DNA of 64,000 nucleotides from positions 16,499 to 80,498 of the forward strand of contig CALWTY010000003.1 in the NCBI GenBank assembly GCA_944384585.1. Direction: 5' to 3'. This stretch comes from an uncultured Clostridia bacterium. Lineage in GTDB: Bacteria > Bacillota > Clostridia > Oscillospirales > CAG-272. Shown in pieces: positions 18,406-28,348 of the stretch (position 1 is its first letter; each line of letters starts with the position of its first letter). Both the position numbers and the translations under genes were made by a program. The notes beneath the pieces are model-generated. The model was not told the DNA's origin, searched no databases, and was given only the letters and a program-made list of their open reading frames with translations.

Positions 18406-18918
18406 TTATTTCATGAAGGAGAGACTCTTGACAATCGGGATTTCCTTGGCCTTGCTGCCCGCGACATAGACAAAGCCGATGACCTTGAGAACCAGGGCAA
18501 TCAAGGAAACGATGCCGAACACGATCCAGCCGAGGATCGGGATCACACAGGCGAAGATCGAAAGCGCCACGCAGATCTCAATCATCAGAGCCTGTCTGAC
18601 ATGGAAGGCAATAAACTTCGAGCCCTTGTTTGCGAGCAGCGCGATGATGATTCCGATCATTCCCATCAGATACGGCAGCATCGCAAATACCTTGTTCTCC
18701 GAGATGTCCGCACGGTCAAACTCTGCGGTATGATCAGAGAGATCCACCACCGGCCGGGGCTGATACTGAGGAGCCTGATATTGGGGCGCCTGATACTGGG
18801 GAGCTTGATTCTGCTGCGCCTGATTCTGCGCGGGCTGAGCCGCAAGAGCGGTGCCGCACTTGTTGCAGAAGACCGCGGCATCATCACAGGAATTTCCGCA
18901 TTTCGGACAGTTTTTCAT
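18406..18918 (-). CDS. Zinc-ribbon + DUF4870-like membrane protein with Q/P/Y-rich linker
   Basis: MKNCPKCGNSCDDAAVFCNKCG (CxxC..CxxC), then a QAPQY repeat linker, then ..FAMLPYLMGMIGIIIALL..FHVRQAL... RBS GAGG precedes the ATG at 18918. Confidence 0.75.
   Translation of the reverse strand: MKNCPKCGNSCDDAAVFCNKCGTALAAQPAQNQAQQNQAPQYQAPQYQAPQYQPRPVVDLSDHTAEFDRADISENKVFAMLPYLMGMIGIIIALLANKGSKFIAFHVRQALMIEICVALSIFACVIPILGWIVFGIVSLIALVLKVIGFVYVAGSKAKEIPIVKSLSFMK
18760..18834 (-). repeat. Imperfect 15-nt tandem repeat (about 5 copies) inside the coding sequence
   Basis: ctgatactgaggagc / ctgatattggggcgc / ctgatactggggagc / ttgattctgctgcgc / ctgattctgcgcggg, encoding the QNQAQ-QNQAP-QYQAP-QYQAP-QYQ segment. 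Confidence 0.8.
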
Positions 18919-19109
18919 ATTCAGATACCTCACAGAGATTTTTGTTTTCACCTAACGATTATACACCGATGCAAAGGGTTTGTCAATGGTTTTTTCACAG
19001 AAAAAACCATTATTCTTAACGATTTATATTGCTTTTCCTGTTGACAAGAACTCCCGGACGTGATATCATGGTATCAGACTACAACGATATAGTGTTTCGG
19101 CGCATCGAT

Positions 19110-20093
19110 TCAGAAGCGACGGAGGCTGACGTCGATCAGAATATGCTCCGACGGCCCCGTAAAGCCCTTCATCCGGGAGAGCAGCAGCGCAAAGGCCTTC
19201 GGTGCGAGGCTGTCGTCGGTCATCCCGACGCTTGTATGGTGAAAGGGCAGCCGCATATAGGAATGCGTGATATCAAAGCTGACGATCGGGAGATCGAGCG
19301 CCTTCCCTTCCTTCAGAAAGACATAGCAGAGATCAAACGCCATCAGATCGGAGAAGACGATCAGGGAATCGGGCGTTATGTTCCGTCCTTCGATCTGCGC
19401 CGCCAGCTTTTCCCCCTGTCCGCCGCGCGGGTCGGCGGAGATCACCCGATCCTCCGGAAAGCGAAGTCCCCGTTCTTCATATGCGCGGCAGATCCCAAGA
19501 TACCGATCCTGCGAGCATTCAAGGCTTCCGTAAGCGCCGATATACAGCGTTTCATCGAATCCCCGCTCCAGAAGATGGGAAGCCGCCAGATAGCCTCCCT
19601 TGATATCATCGGAGCAGACGTAATCTGTGTCGATATCGCGGAAGAAGCGGGAAAACAGCACGAACGGAATACCGGTTTTCCTCAGATACTCAATATGATT
19701 TCCTTCCCCGCTCTGGACGGGACAAAGCATGATGCCGTCCACCCGTTTGCGGCAGGCCGCTTCGATGGCCTCCCGCTCGGCGGGAAAGCTCTCGTTGGTA
19801 TTGAGGATCACCGCCGTGTAGCCGGCGCGCCTCGCCTCCTCCTCGACCAGTCTGATCTGCCGGGAGAGAAGCTGGTTTGCGATATCGGGAACGATCAGCG
19901 CCACGGTTTTCGTCTTTCCGGAACGCAGAGATCCCGCAACATCGTCCGAAATATACCCAAGACGCTGCGCGGTCTCCTTTACTTTCTTTTTCATTGACTC
20001 CGAAATGTCATCGTGTCCGTTCAGCACATGAGAGACGGTGCTGACCGTCACGTTCAGTTCGGCGGCAATATCCTTCAGCTTAACTCTTTTCAA
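19110..20093 (-). CDS. LacI family transcriptional regulator
   Basis: VKLKDIAAELNVTVSTVSHVLNG is the HTH and a periplasmic-binding-like fold follows. The TTG at 20093 is preferred because of the RBS AAGGAGAG; the ORF is open to 20120. Confidence 0.88.
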   Translation of the reverse strand: MKRVKLKDIAAELNVTVSTVSHVLNGHDDISESMKKKVKETAQRLGYISDDVAGSLRSGKTKTVALIVPDIANQLLSRQIRLVEEEARRAGYTAVILNTNESFPAEREAIEAACRKRVDGIMLCPVQSGEGNHIEYLRKTGIPFVLFSRFFRDIDTDYVCSDDIKGGYLAASHLLERGFDETLYIGAYGSLECSQDRYLGICRAYEERGLRFPEDRVISADPRGGQGEKLAAQIEGRNITPDSLIVFSDLMAFDLCYVFLKEGKALDLPIVSFDITHSYMRLPFHHTSVGMTDDSLAPKAFALLLSRMKGFTGPSEHILIDVSLRRF

Positions 20094-20197
20094 GGCATTC
20101 TCTCCTTTTCCATATCTCAATTATACCGTGAAAGGGTCTGCCTTGTCAAGCGCGAAACCCCAAAATCAATCTGTAAATTTTGAAAGGATGGATCAAA

Positions 20198-21676
20198 ATG
20201 AACAACATTCCACAGATCAAACCCGCCATCGTCGCGGTCAGCAGAGACTGCTTCCCCGTCTCGCTGTCTGAAAGAAGAAGAGCCGCCGTCGTCAAGGCCT
20301 GCGCAGTCCTCGGCGTGCCGATTCACGAGATCGGCAAAGTCGTAATCACCGAGCGGGACGGCGATCAGGCGCTGGAGGAGCTGAAGGCGGCGGGCTGCAA
20401 TGCCCTGGTCGTCTATCTCGGCAACTTCGGGCCGGAAACCCCCGAAACGCTCCTTGCCAAGAAATTCAACGGCCCCGTCATGTTTGTCGCCGCAGCCGAG
20501 GAGACCGGGGAGGATCTGATCCGGGGGCGGGGAGACGCCTATTGCGGAATGCTCAACGCCAGCTATAACCTTGCGCTCCGCAATGTCAGAGCCTACATCC
20601 CCGCAAGCCCCGTCGGGACTGCGGAGCAGGTTGCCGAAAATATCCGCGGATTCCTTCCGATCGCCCGCGCCATCGTCGGGCTTTCCGATCTGAAGATTAT
20701 TTCTTTCGGTCCCCGCCCGAAGGATTTTCTTGCCTGCAACGCACCGATCCGTCGCCTGTATGATCTCGGAGTCGAGATCGAGGAAAATTCCGAGCTGGAT
20801 CTCTTCGAAGCATACCATGCCCATGCCGGCGATCCCAGGATTGCGGCGGTCGCCGCCGATATGGAGGCGGAGCTGGGCAGCGGGAACCGTCACCCCGGCA
20901 TCCTTCCGCGTCTTGCCCAATATGAGCTGACGCTGATCGACTGGATCGAGGAGCATCGTGACGGACGGCGCTTCGTTGCGCTCGCCAACAAATGCTGGCC
21001 CGCCTTCCAGACCCAGTTCGGCTTCGTTCCCTGTTACGTCAACTCGCGCTTTGCCTCAAGAGGCATTCCGATCGCCTGCGAAGTCGATATCTGGGGAGCG
21101 CTCAGCGAATATCTCGCCTCCTGCATCACCGAGGAGGCCGTCACGCTTCTCGATATCAACAACACCGTACCGCAGGATCTTTACGAGGAGCAGATCATGG
21201 GACGGTATCCCTACAAGCCCGACGACGTCTTCATGGGCTTCCACTGCGGCAACACGCCCTCCTGCAAGCTCTGCGCCCCCCAGATGAAGTACCAGCTCAT
21301 CATGCACAACTCCCTTGAGCCCGATTGCGAGCCCGATATCACCCGCGGCACGCTGGAGGGTCAGATCGTCCCCGGCCCGGTCACCTTCTTCCGTCTCCAA
21401 AGCACCGCCGACGCCCATCTCCGCGCCTATATCGCGCAGGGAGAGGTGCTGCCTGTGGAGCCTCGTTCCTTCGGTTCGATCGGAGTCTTCGCCATCCGTG
21501 AGATGGGCCGCTTCTATCGCTATGAGCTGCTGGAGCATCATTTCCCGCACCACGGCGCCGTCGCCTTCCGCCACTGCGGGAAGGAGCTTTTTGAGGTCTT
21601 CCGTTATCTCGGTGTCGGAGACGTCGGCTTCAACCGCGCAGAAGGCGACCGCTATCCCGCCGAGAATCCCTTCTGA
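20198..21676 (+). CDS. L-fucose/L-arabinose isomerase family protein
   Basis: About 492 aa, with ..NALVVYLGNFGPE..GDAYCGMLNASYNL.. and a C-terminal FucI-like domain. Confidence 0.7.
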   Translation: MNNIPQIKPAIVAVSRDCFPVSLSERRRAAVVKACAVLGVPIHEIGKVVITERDGDQALEELKAAGCNALVVYLGNFGPETPETLLAKKFNGPVMFVAAAEETGEDLIRGRGDAYCGMLNASYNLALRNVRAYIPASPVGTAEQVAENIRGFLPIARAIVGLSDLKIISFGPRPKDFLACNAPIRRLYDLGVEIEENSELDLFEAYHAHAGDPRIAAVAADMEAELGSGNRHPGILPRLAQYELTLIDWIEEHRDGRRFVALANKCWPAFQTQFGFVPCYVNSRFASRGIPIACEVDIWGALSEYLASCITEEAVTLLDINNTVPQDLYEEQIMGRYPYKPDDVFMGFHCGNTPSCKLCAPQMKYQLIMHNSLEPDCEPDITRGTLEGQIVPGPVTFFRLQSTADAHLRAYIAQGEVLPVEPRSFGSIGVFAIREMGRFYRYELLEHHFPHHGAVAFRHCGKELFEVFRYLGVGDVGFNRAEGDRYPAENPF

Positions 21677-21710
21677 GATCCTGCGCCTCCCTTCCGCCAC
21701 GGCCTGACAA

Positions 21711-21751
21711 ACCCGCCCCGAAGCGTCTGCTTCGGGGCGGGTTTTCTTTTT
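21711..21751 (+). terminator. Rho-independent terminator
   Basis: 14-bp stem acccgccccgaagc/gcttcggggcgggt, loop gtct, then TTTTCTTTTT. Confidence 0.9.
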
Positions 21752-21802
21752 CGGTATCGAATGCGGCGATCCGGATCGGGCCGCCTCCGATCGGAGGCTG
21801 CT

Positions 21803-23863
21803 TTATTTGTCTTCCGCCGCCGCCTCTGCGATGATCTTGGCGGAGAGATTGCCGGGAACATCCTCATAGCGGACAAAATGATAGGTAAAGCTGCCCTTCC
21901 CCTGCGTCATTGCGCGGACCACGATCGGATAATCGCTCATTTCTGCCTGCGGGACCTCCGCCGTAACCGACTGGTATCCCTTCTTGCCCTCGACATGATC
22001 CATGCCGAGAACGCGGCCGCGGCGCTTATTGAGGTCTCCGATGATATCCCCGACCATTGCCTCCGGGACGGTGACCTTCAGTTCTCCGACCGGCTCAAGC
22101 AGGACGGGAGAGGCCTTGACCAGCTCCTTGTAGGCAAGATTCGCCGCCAGCTTGAACGCCATTTCGGAGGAATCGACGTCATGGTAGGAGCCGTCGTAGA
22201 GATCGGCTGCCAGCCCTACCATCGGATAGCCTGCCAGCACGCCCTTCTGCATCGCCTCGGTCAGTCCCTTTTCGACCGCCGGGAAATAGCCCTTCGGCAC
22301 GGCGCCGCCCACCACCGATTCGGTAAAGGTCAGCCCCTCGCCGTCGCCGGGGGAGAAGGTGATGCGGACGTGACCGTACTGTCCGTGACCGCCCGACTGC
22401 TTTTTATGCTTGCCTTCCGCCTGGATGGTCTTGCGGATCGTCTCGCGGTACGCGATCTTCGGCTTATTGAGGTTGACCTCGACATTATATCTCGATTTCA
22501 GTCTCGAAACGATGACGTCAAGGTGGATATCTCCGAGACCGGAGATCAGCAGCTGCTTGGTCTCGGCATTATTCTCAAAGGAAATGGTCTTGTCTTCCTC
22601 GCGGAGGCGGCCGATGCCGTTTGCGATCTTATCCTCGTCACCCTTGCTCTTGGGGCTGATCGCCATCGTCATATAGGGCTCGGGATATTCGATGCGCTTA
22701 TAGGGCTTGAGATCGAGATTGGTGAGGGTATCGTTGGTGGAGGTATCGGTCAGCTTCTGGATCATTCCGATATCGCCGCAGGCGAGAGAATCCACCTCCA
22801 CGGTCTTCTTGCCGCGCACCTCGTAGATATGTCCGAATTTTTCGACCGTTCCGCTTGTCAGATTCTTCAGCGACATGGTATTGTCGAGATTGCCGGTCAT
22901 GACCTTGAAGAAGGTCTGTCTGCCGAAGGAATCGGAGACCGTCTTGAAGACGAAGAGCGCCGGCTCCTTGCCCTCCTTATCGATCGCGACTTCCTCGCCG
23001 TCGACATTCTTCTCGACCTTCTTGGCGGTATGGCGGGGATACGACTCCGCAATGGTGTCGAGCAGCGCTTCCACGCCCCACATTTTGCCGGCGGAGCCGC
23101 AGATCACGGGGCAAATCGACCCGTGAATGATTCCGTTGTGGATCGCCTCCACCGCCTCCTCGCGGGTGATCTCCTCGCCTGCGAAGAATTTCTCCATCAA
23201 CTCATCGCTGGTTTCGGCAATCGATTCCAGCAGCATATTGCGGTATTTGTCGGCAACCTCGGTGAACTCGGCGGGAATGCTTCCCTCCTCATGCGTTCCC
23301 TGCTTGTTGTAAACATAGGTTTTCAGATCCATCAGATTCAGGAAGCCCGTCACCGCGCCGTCCTCGATCATCGGGATCAGCAGCGGGCAGACCGATACGC
23401 CGAAGGCAGCCCGAAGCGCGTCGAACGCCTTGTAGAAGCGGCACTCGGGATCATCGAACTTGTTGATGAAGAAGGACTTGGGAATTCCGGCGGCCTTGGC
23501 GTACTCCCATGCCAGCTCCGCGCCGACCTCGACTCCCGCCTTGCCGTCGATGACGATGAGCGCGGCGTCGGCCACACGGACGCTCTGCATCACCTCACCG
23601 GAGAAGTCAAGGTATCCGGGGGTGTCGAGAATATTGATTTTGCAGTCCTTCCAGATAACGGGTGCGATCGATGACTGTATCGTTAAGCCGCGCTTGATCT
23701 CCTCGGGATCAAAATCGCAGACCGTATTGCCTTCCGAAGTCTTTCCGAGCCGATCCGACGCTTTCGTCAGATAGAGCATCGCCTCGGCCAGAGACGTTTT
23801 GCCCGAGCCACCGTGGCCGAGCAGACAGACATTGCGGATCTGGGCAGTGCTAAACTTGTTCAT
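21803..23863 (-). CDS. Elongation factor G paralogue (translational GTPase)
   Basis: 686 aa. G1 GHGGSGKTS, G3 DTPG and G4 NKFD are present, with EF-G domains II-V downstream. Confidence 0.88.
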   Translation of the reverse strand: MNKFSTAQIRNVCLLGHGGSGKTSLAEAMLYLTKASDRLGKTSEGNTVCDFDPEEIKRGLTIQSSIAPVIWKDCKINILDTPGYLDFSGEVMQSVRVADAALIVIDGKAGVEVGAELAWEYAKAAGIPKSFFINKFDDPECRFYKAFDALRAAFGVSVCPLLIPMIEDGAVTGFLNLMDLKTYVYNKQGTHEEGSIPAEFTEVADKYRNMLLESIAETSDELMEKFFAGEEITREEAVEAIHNGIIHGSICPVICGSAGKMWGVEALLDTIAESYPRHTAKKVEKNVDGEEVAIDKEGKEPALFVFKTVSDSFGRQTFFKVMTGNLDNTMSLKNLTSGTVEKFGHIYEVRGKKTVEVDSLACGDIGMIQKLTDTSTNDTLTNLDLKPYKRIEYPEPYMTMAISPKSKGDEDKIANGIGRLREEDKTISFENNAETKQLLISGLGDIHLDVIVSRLKSRYNVEVNLNKPKIAYRETIRKTIQAEGKHKKQSGGHGQYGHVRITFSPGDGEGLTFTESVVGGAVPKGYFPAVEKGLTEAMQKGVLAGYPMVGLAADLYDGSYHDVDSSEMAFKLAANLAYKELVKASPVLLEPVGELKVTVPEAMVGDIIGDLNKRRGRVLGMDHVEGKKGYQSVTAEVPQAEMSDYPIVVRAMTQGKGSFTYHFVRYEDVPGNLSAKIIAEAAAEDK

Positions 23864-23971
23864 AATTCTTTCTCCTTAGGCTTTTATATTGTCACCCACA
23901 GAAAATCAGCAGGTATTGAGCAGAAGGTATTGTGTAATATCCATACATTTTCCAAAAGTAACATCCCAATA

Positions 23972-24000
23972 ATTATACAACAAATCGCCCAATATTGCAA
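23972..24000 (-). promoter_or_regulatory. Sigma-A type promoter for the EF-G paralogue
   Basis: Minus strand reads TTGCAA (24000-23995), a 17-nt spacer, then TATAAT (23977-23972). This leaves a leader of about 100 nt. Confidence 0.65.
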
Positions 24001-24215
24001 TAGCGCGCCGCAAAAAAACAGCGCCGGAGGTGAGAAATATGACCGCAGAATTTGTCTATTTTCACCATATTTGAGTCATTTTCAACAAAGTCCGTCATTT
24101 TGATGTGGTCATCATGACGAACCGGAAAGAGGAACGGGTTTCCGATCACGGCATATACTGGGAAGGAAATACAGAGGAAAGGTGCTTTTGCTTTCAGCAT
24201 AAACGGTACAGAATC

Positions 24216-25499
24216 ATGCTTATACACAGAATAAGCCCGGGGGACACCCTGTCCTCCGTTGCCGCCGCCTACGGGATCACGGAATCGAGGCTTCGTCAGA
24301 TCAACGGGCTTTCGGGGGAGGATGCGCCGGTTGTGGGACAGGAGCTTGTGATCCTGAAGCCGGAGCAGATCTATACGGTGCGGGAGGGAGACACCCTCTA
24401 TTCCATCGCGGAGCAGACCGGCACAACGGTCAGAAGCCTGCTTGCGGAGAATCCCTCGCTCGGCGGCAATCCCCTCCTCTATCCGGGGCAGACTCTTGTG
24501 ATATCGTCGGCTGCCGGGCGGGAGAGACCGGTGATCGTCAACGGCTACACCTACCCATTTATCGAGGAACAGGTGCTGCGCCGCGTCCTGCCCTATCTCA
24601 CCTATCTCACCGTCTTCACCTACGGCTTTACCGAGTCGGGGGAGCTGATCCCCGCCGACGACGGCGAGCTGCTTGAAACCGCAAAACGCTACGGGGTCGG
24701 AGCGCTGCTGCTCATCTCGACGCTCGGAGAGGACGGGCGATTCAACAATACGCTTTCCGGCCGTCTCTTCCGTGACGAGGCGGCACAGCAGCGGCTGATC
24801 GACGGTCTGCTTGCCACCGTTGCGGAAAAGGGCTACCGGGGCGTCGAGGTGGACTTTGAATATGTGCCGGGGGAGGAGGCGGACGACTATGTCCTCTTTC
24901 TTCAGAGACTCGGAGGGGCGTTGAGGAGCGCCGGCTATCTGCTTTTTGCGGCGCTTGCGCCCAAGACCTCCGCTGATCAGCCGGGGCTGCTCTACGAGGG
25001 GCATGATTATCGAGGCATCGGGGAGACCGTTGATTATGCGATTCTGATGACCTATGAATGGGGCTATAAGTACGGGCCTCCCAACGCGGTCGCGCCGATC
25101 CCGAACGTAGAGGCCGTGGTGCGATATGCCGTCAGCGAGATTCCGCCGGAAAAGCTCCTGCTCGGCGTTCCGAATTACGGCTACGATTGGCCCCTTCCCT
25201 TTGAGGAGGGCGTCACGGAAGCGGAAAGCCTCCCGATCACGGAGGCGGTTCGGCAGGCGGGCGAGGTCGGCGCCGCAATCGGGTATGATGAGATAAAGCA
25301 GGCGCCGAACTATTCCTATACCTCAGACGGCGTTTTGCATACCGTCTGGTTTGAAAGCGCCTCAAGCATCGCCGCCAAGCTTTCTCTCGTGAGCGAATAC
25401 GGGCTGGCGGGAATTTCGATCTGGAACATCATGCGGTATTTCCCGCAGCTCTACGCGGTGCTGAACGGCACCTTCGACATCGACGGACCCCGGCGCTGA
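24216..25499 (+). CDS. LysM-LysM-GH18 protein, YaaH/SleL-like spore cortex hydrolase
   Basis: Two LysM repeats (ISPGDTLSSVAAAYG.., VREGDTLYSIAEQTG..) and a GH18 core with VEVDFEY. The start is uncertain because the ORF is open from 24105. Confidence 0.85.
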   Translation: MLIHRISPGDTLSSVAAAYGITESRLRQINGLSGEDAPVVGQELVILKPEQIYTVREGDTLYSIAEQTGTTVRSLLAENPSLGGNPLLYPGQTLVISSAAGRERPVIVNGYTYPFIEEQVLRRVLPYLTYLTVFTYGFTESGELIPADDGELLETAKRYGVGALLLISTLGEDGRFNNTLSGRLFRDEAAQQRLIDGLLATVAEKGYRGVEVDFEYVPGEEADDYVLFLQRLGGALRSAGYLLFAALAPKTSADQPGLLYEGHDYRGIGETVDYAILMTYEWGYKYGPPNAVAPIPNVEAVVRYAVSEIPPEKLLLGVPNYGYDWPLPFEEGVTEAESLPITEAVRQAGEVGAAIGYDEIKQAPNYSYTSDGVLHTVWFESASSIAAKLSLVSEYGLAGISIWNIMRYFPQLYAVLNGTFDIDGPRR

Positions 25500-25526
25500 C
25501 CGCGAATCCTCCTTTCAAGGCAGAAG

Positions 25527-25558
25527 CAGAGGCAGCCGCCTCAAGGCGGCTGCCTCTG
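25527..25558. terminator. Hairpin terminator between convergent genes
   Basis: 14-bp stem cagaggcagccgcc/ggcggctgcctctg, loop tcaa. Confidence 0.7.
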
Positions 25559-25585
25559 ATTGATTCCGCGGACAGGCTAACGGGT

Positions 25586-28348
25586 TCAGACGACAATTTC
25601 AGCCGTGCTGCCGCCGTCCGGCCGTTTCGTAACGACGATCTGCCGCTCAATCCGTTCCTTCAGCTCCCCGACATGGGAAATGATTCCGACAAGGCGGTTT
25701 CCCTCCGCCAGCCCCGACAGCGCCTTCAGCGCCTGCCGCAGCGTTTCCTCGTCGAGCGACCCAAAGCCCTCGTCGACGAACATCGTATCAAGCCTGACCC
25801 CGCCCGCCGACGAACGGATCTCATCGGAAAGGCCGAGCGCAAGGGAAAGGGATGCCATGAAGGTCTCGCCGCCCGAGAGCGTTCTGACGCTTCTGTCGCT
25901 TCCGCTGTAGTGATCGGTCACGTCAAGATCAAGCCCGCTTTGACTGCGGTTGTTCTGCGCCTCCCGGCGCCGCTTCAGCTCGTACCGACCGTCAGTCATC
26001 ACCATCAGCCGAACGTTTGCGCGTTCGATGATCCGATCAAAATATGCCGTCTGCACATAGGTCTCAAGCTCGATCTTGGTCTTTTGGGGAAGCGTTCCGT
26101 TTGCGGTTCTGGAGAGGGCGGAGACCATACTCAGCCGTTTCTCGACGCCGTTGAGCTCCTCCAGCCGAGCTTCGATCCCATTCTTCGTGTCCCGGTTGTT
26201 ATTCAGCCTCGCATATGCATCCCTCATCCGCCCCTCAAGATGCCTCTTTTTCTCCCTTTTCTCTTTGAGCTTGTTCTTTTCGGACTCCGTGTCAAGCTCG
26301 ATCGCGTCGGCAAGCTGGTTCTTTGCCTCCTCAATGGCTGAATTCAGCCCTGCCTTTTGCTTTATTTTATTGTTGACCTCCGACTCGGCGGCCGAAAGCG
26401 CCTTCTGCAGTTGCAGGTACTGCGTATTCAGTTCTTGCACACGACTGTTGGCCTCCTCTTCCGTCGGGTAAGCCAGCCCTTGTTTCATCGTTCCGATCGT
26501 TTTCCCGATCCCCTCGGCACTTGCTTTGTCGGCGGCAAGCGATTTTTCGGATTCCACGATCCGTTCGGCAATCTCACTTTCCTGTTTCTCTTTATCCGGA
26601 AGAAGGAGATCGATTTTGTTTCTCTTTTCGATCCGTCCGGAAGCCTCCCCGATCCGCTTCCGCAGCCGCTCAAGCTCCCGGCAAAGCGCCGAATCGGCGT
26701 CCTTCAGAAGCGACTCGGCATTTTCCGTCGTCGGAGAGCCAAGAAGCTGGCCGAGCGCCTCGCGCAGCTTTGTTTCCTTTTCATCCAAGATTCCGCGCAG
26801 GCTTGCGGATAAATTCGAGGCTTCCGCCCTCTCCTGTTCGGCTTGCTTTCTTTGCTCATCCGCGTCCTTGACATCCTTTCCGTCGGGCAGCTCGTCGGAA
26901 GTCGGCGCGGGGGCAGGATGGTGCAGAGAGCCGCAGACGGGACAAGGCTTATCCTCCCGCAGCTCCCGCGCCAGAATACCGGCCTGTCCGTCGAAATACC
27001 GACGGCTGACCTCCCGGTAGCGCCGGTCGCTCTCCTCCACCTCCTTTCGGGCGGTCCTATAGCGCGACTGCGCTTGATTCAGATTCATTTCGGCGGTGCG
27101 GAGATCGTTCAGATCCTTTTTCAACTGCTCGAAGTCCTGATACCGTCCGTTCTTCTCCCTCTCCTCGGCCTGAAGCTCCGACCGCTCCCGGTCGGCGTCG
27201 GCAAGCGACTCCCTCTCCCGCTTCAGCTCCCCGATCTCATTCCGGAGCCTTTCAAGAGACTCCTTGTCCTTCTCCAAGCTCCGGGCAGTCTTTTCGATGC
27301 ACGAGTTCAGATGATTCTGTTTTTCAATTGCCTCCGTCAGCTCCCGATATCGAGGCAGCTGTTGACGGATCTGTTCCGCATCCCGGATAAGACGCTCCCC
27401 ATCCCGGCTCCGGATCCTGACCTCCGCAAGCGCCTTCTCCGCTTCGGCCAGCTGCTCCTCCGTCTTCTGCAGGTCGGCTGTATTCTTCTCCATCGAGCGG
27501 CGCTGTCTGTCCCAGCTCTCCGCCTTGGTCAACAGGTTTTCACTTTCCGAGATCGACGTATCAAGCTCTGATATGCTCTTTTTCAGTCCTTTCTCCTCCG
27601 AAGCATCCAGCACGATCAGCTCCTCCAGGAGCGTCAGCGTCTGCTCGAACGTCAGTTCTCTGCGCTTTGCCTTATCCGCTTCTTCCGAAAGCGGTCCCTC
27701 CACACATTTGATCCCGGAAATGTATTGTTCGATCCCCCTGCCCAGGGTATTGCATTTCTCCTCGAGCTTCCGCACCTCCTCCTTCAGGCGAAGCTGAAGC
27801 TTCCCGTACCGAGAGGTCCCGAAAATTCTGCCGAAGATCGCCTTTCTTTCCTCGGTCGGCGCAAAGAGGAGCTTTCTGAATTCCCCCTGCGCCAGCATGG
27901 CGATCTGGGAAAACTGCCTGCCGTCGATCCCGAGAATCTCCCGCACCGCCGCTTCCGCCTCGGCGCTTTTGGTCACCACTCTGCCATCGGGGAAGATCAG
28001 CTCCACAGCCGCCTTTTCGGACGTCAGCCCGCCGCCCCGTCTCTTGGAGCGGGAGTATTCGGGATTGCGTCTGATGACGTATTCCTTCCCCGCGTTCCGA
28101 AAGGTCAGCTCCACCTCGGTCGGAATGTCGGGATCGGCACTGCGGGAGCGGAGCATCGAGGGCTCTCTGATCTCCCCGCTCGGCCTGCCGAAGAGCGCAA
28201 AGGTAATGGCATCGAAGATCGTGGTCTTCCCCGCTCCGGTATCTCCCGTGACCAGATAAAGCCCCCGCTCCCCGAGCGCCTCCATATCCAGCGTAACGCG
28301 GCCGCTGTACGGGCCGAAGGCCGACATGACCAGCTTGATCGGTCTCAT
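25586..28348 (-). CDS. sbcC: SbcC/Rad50-family ATPase (exonuclease SbcCD subunit C)
   Basis: Walker A TGDTGAGKTTIFDAI, a long coiled coil with the zinc hook CPVCG, and a C-terminal signature LSGGE with Walker B FVDEGFG. Confidence 0.9.
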   Translation of the reverse strand: MRPIKLVMSAFGPYSGRVTLDMEALGERGLYLVTGDTGAGKTTIFDAITFALFGRPSGEIREPSMLRSRSADPDIPTEVELTFRNAGKEYVIRRNPEYSRSKRRGGGLTSEKAAVELIFPDGRVVTKSAEAEAAVREILGIDGRQFSQIAMLAQGEFRKLLFAPTEERKAIFGRIFGTSRYGKLQLRLKEEVRKLEEKCNTLGRGIEQYISGIKCVEGPLSEEADKAKRRELTFEQTLTLLEELIVLDASEEKGLKKSISELDTSISESENLLTKAESWDRQRRSMEKNTADLQKTEEQLAEAEKALAEVRIRSRDGERLIRDAEQIRQQLPRYRELTEAIEKQNHLNSCIEKTARSLEKDKESLERLRNEIGELKRERESLADADRERSELQAEEREKNGRYQDFEQLKKDLNDLRTAEMNLNQAQSRYRTARKEVEESDRRYREVSRRYFDGQAGILARELREDKPCPVCGSLHHPAPAPTSDELPDGKDVKDADEQRKQAEQERAEASNLSASLRGILDEKETKLREALGQLLGSPTTENAESLLKDADSALCRELERLRKRIGEASGRIEKRNKIDLLLPDKEKQESEIAERIVESEKSLAADKASAEGIGKTIGTMKQGLAYPTEEEANSRVQELNTQYLQLQKALSAAESEVNNKIKQKAGLNSAIEEAKNQLADAIELDTESEKNKLKEKREKKRHLEGRMRDAYARLNNNRDTKNGIEARLEELNGVEKRLSMVSALSRTANGTLPQKTKIELETYVQTAYFDRIIERANVRLMVMTDGRYELKRRREAQNNRSQSGLDLDVTDHYSGSDRSVRTLSGGETFMASLSLALGLSDEIRSSAGGVRLDTMFVDEGFGSLDEETLRQALKALSGLAEGNRLVGIISHVGELKERIERQIVVTKRPDGGSTAEIVV

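Noticed and set aside
18760-18834. Short tandem DNA repeat considered as a CRISPR or satellite element.
   Set aside because: It has a 15-nt period with no spacers. It is in frame inside a coding sequence and encodes a Q/P/Y-rich linker.
23933-23950. CATACATT on the plus strand upstream of the LysM-GH18 spore gene, considered as a sigma-E/K-type -10 element.
   Set aside because: It lies about 270 nt upstream of the start, I could not pair it with a properly spaced -35, and it overlaps the EF-G paralogue leader. This is too weak to call.
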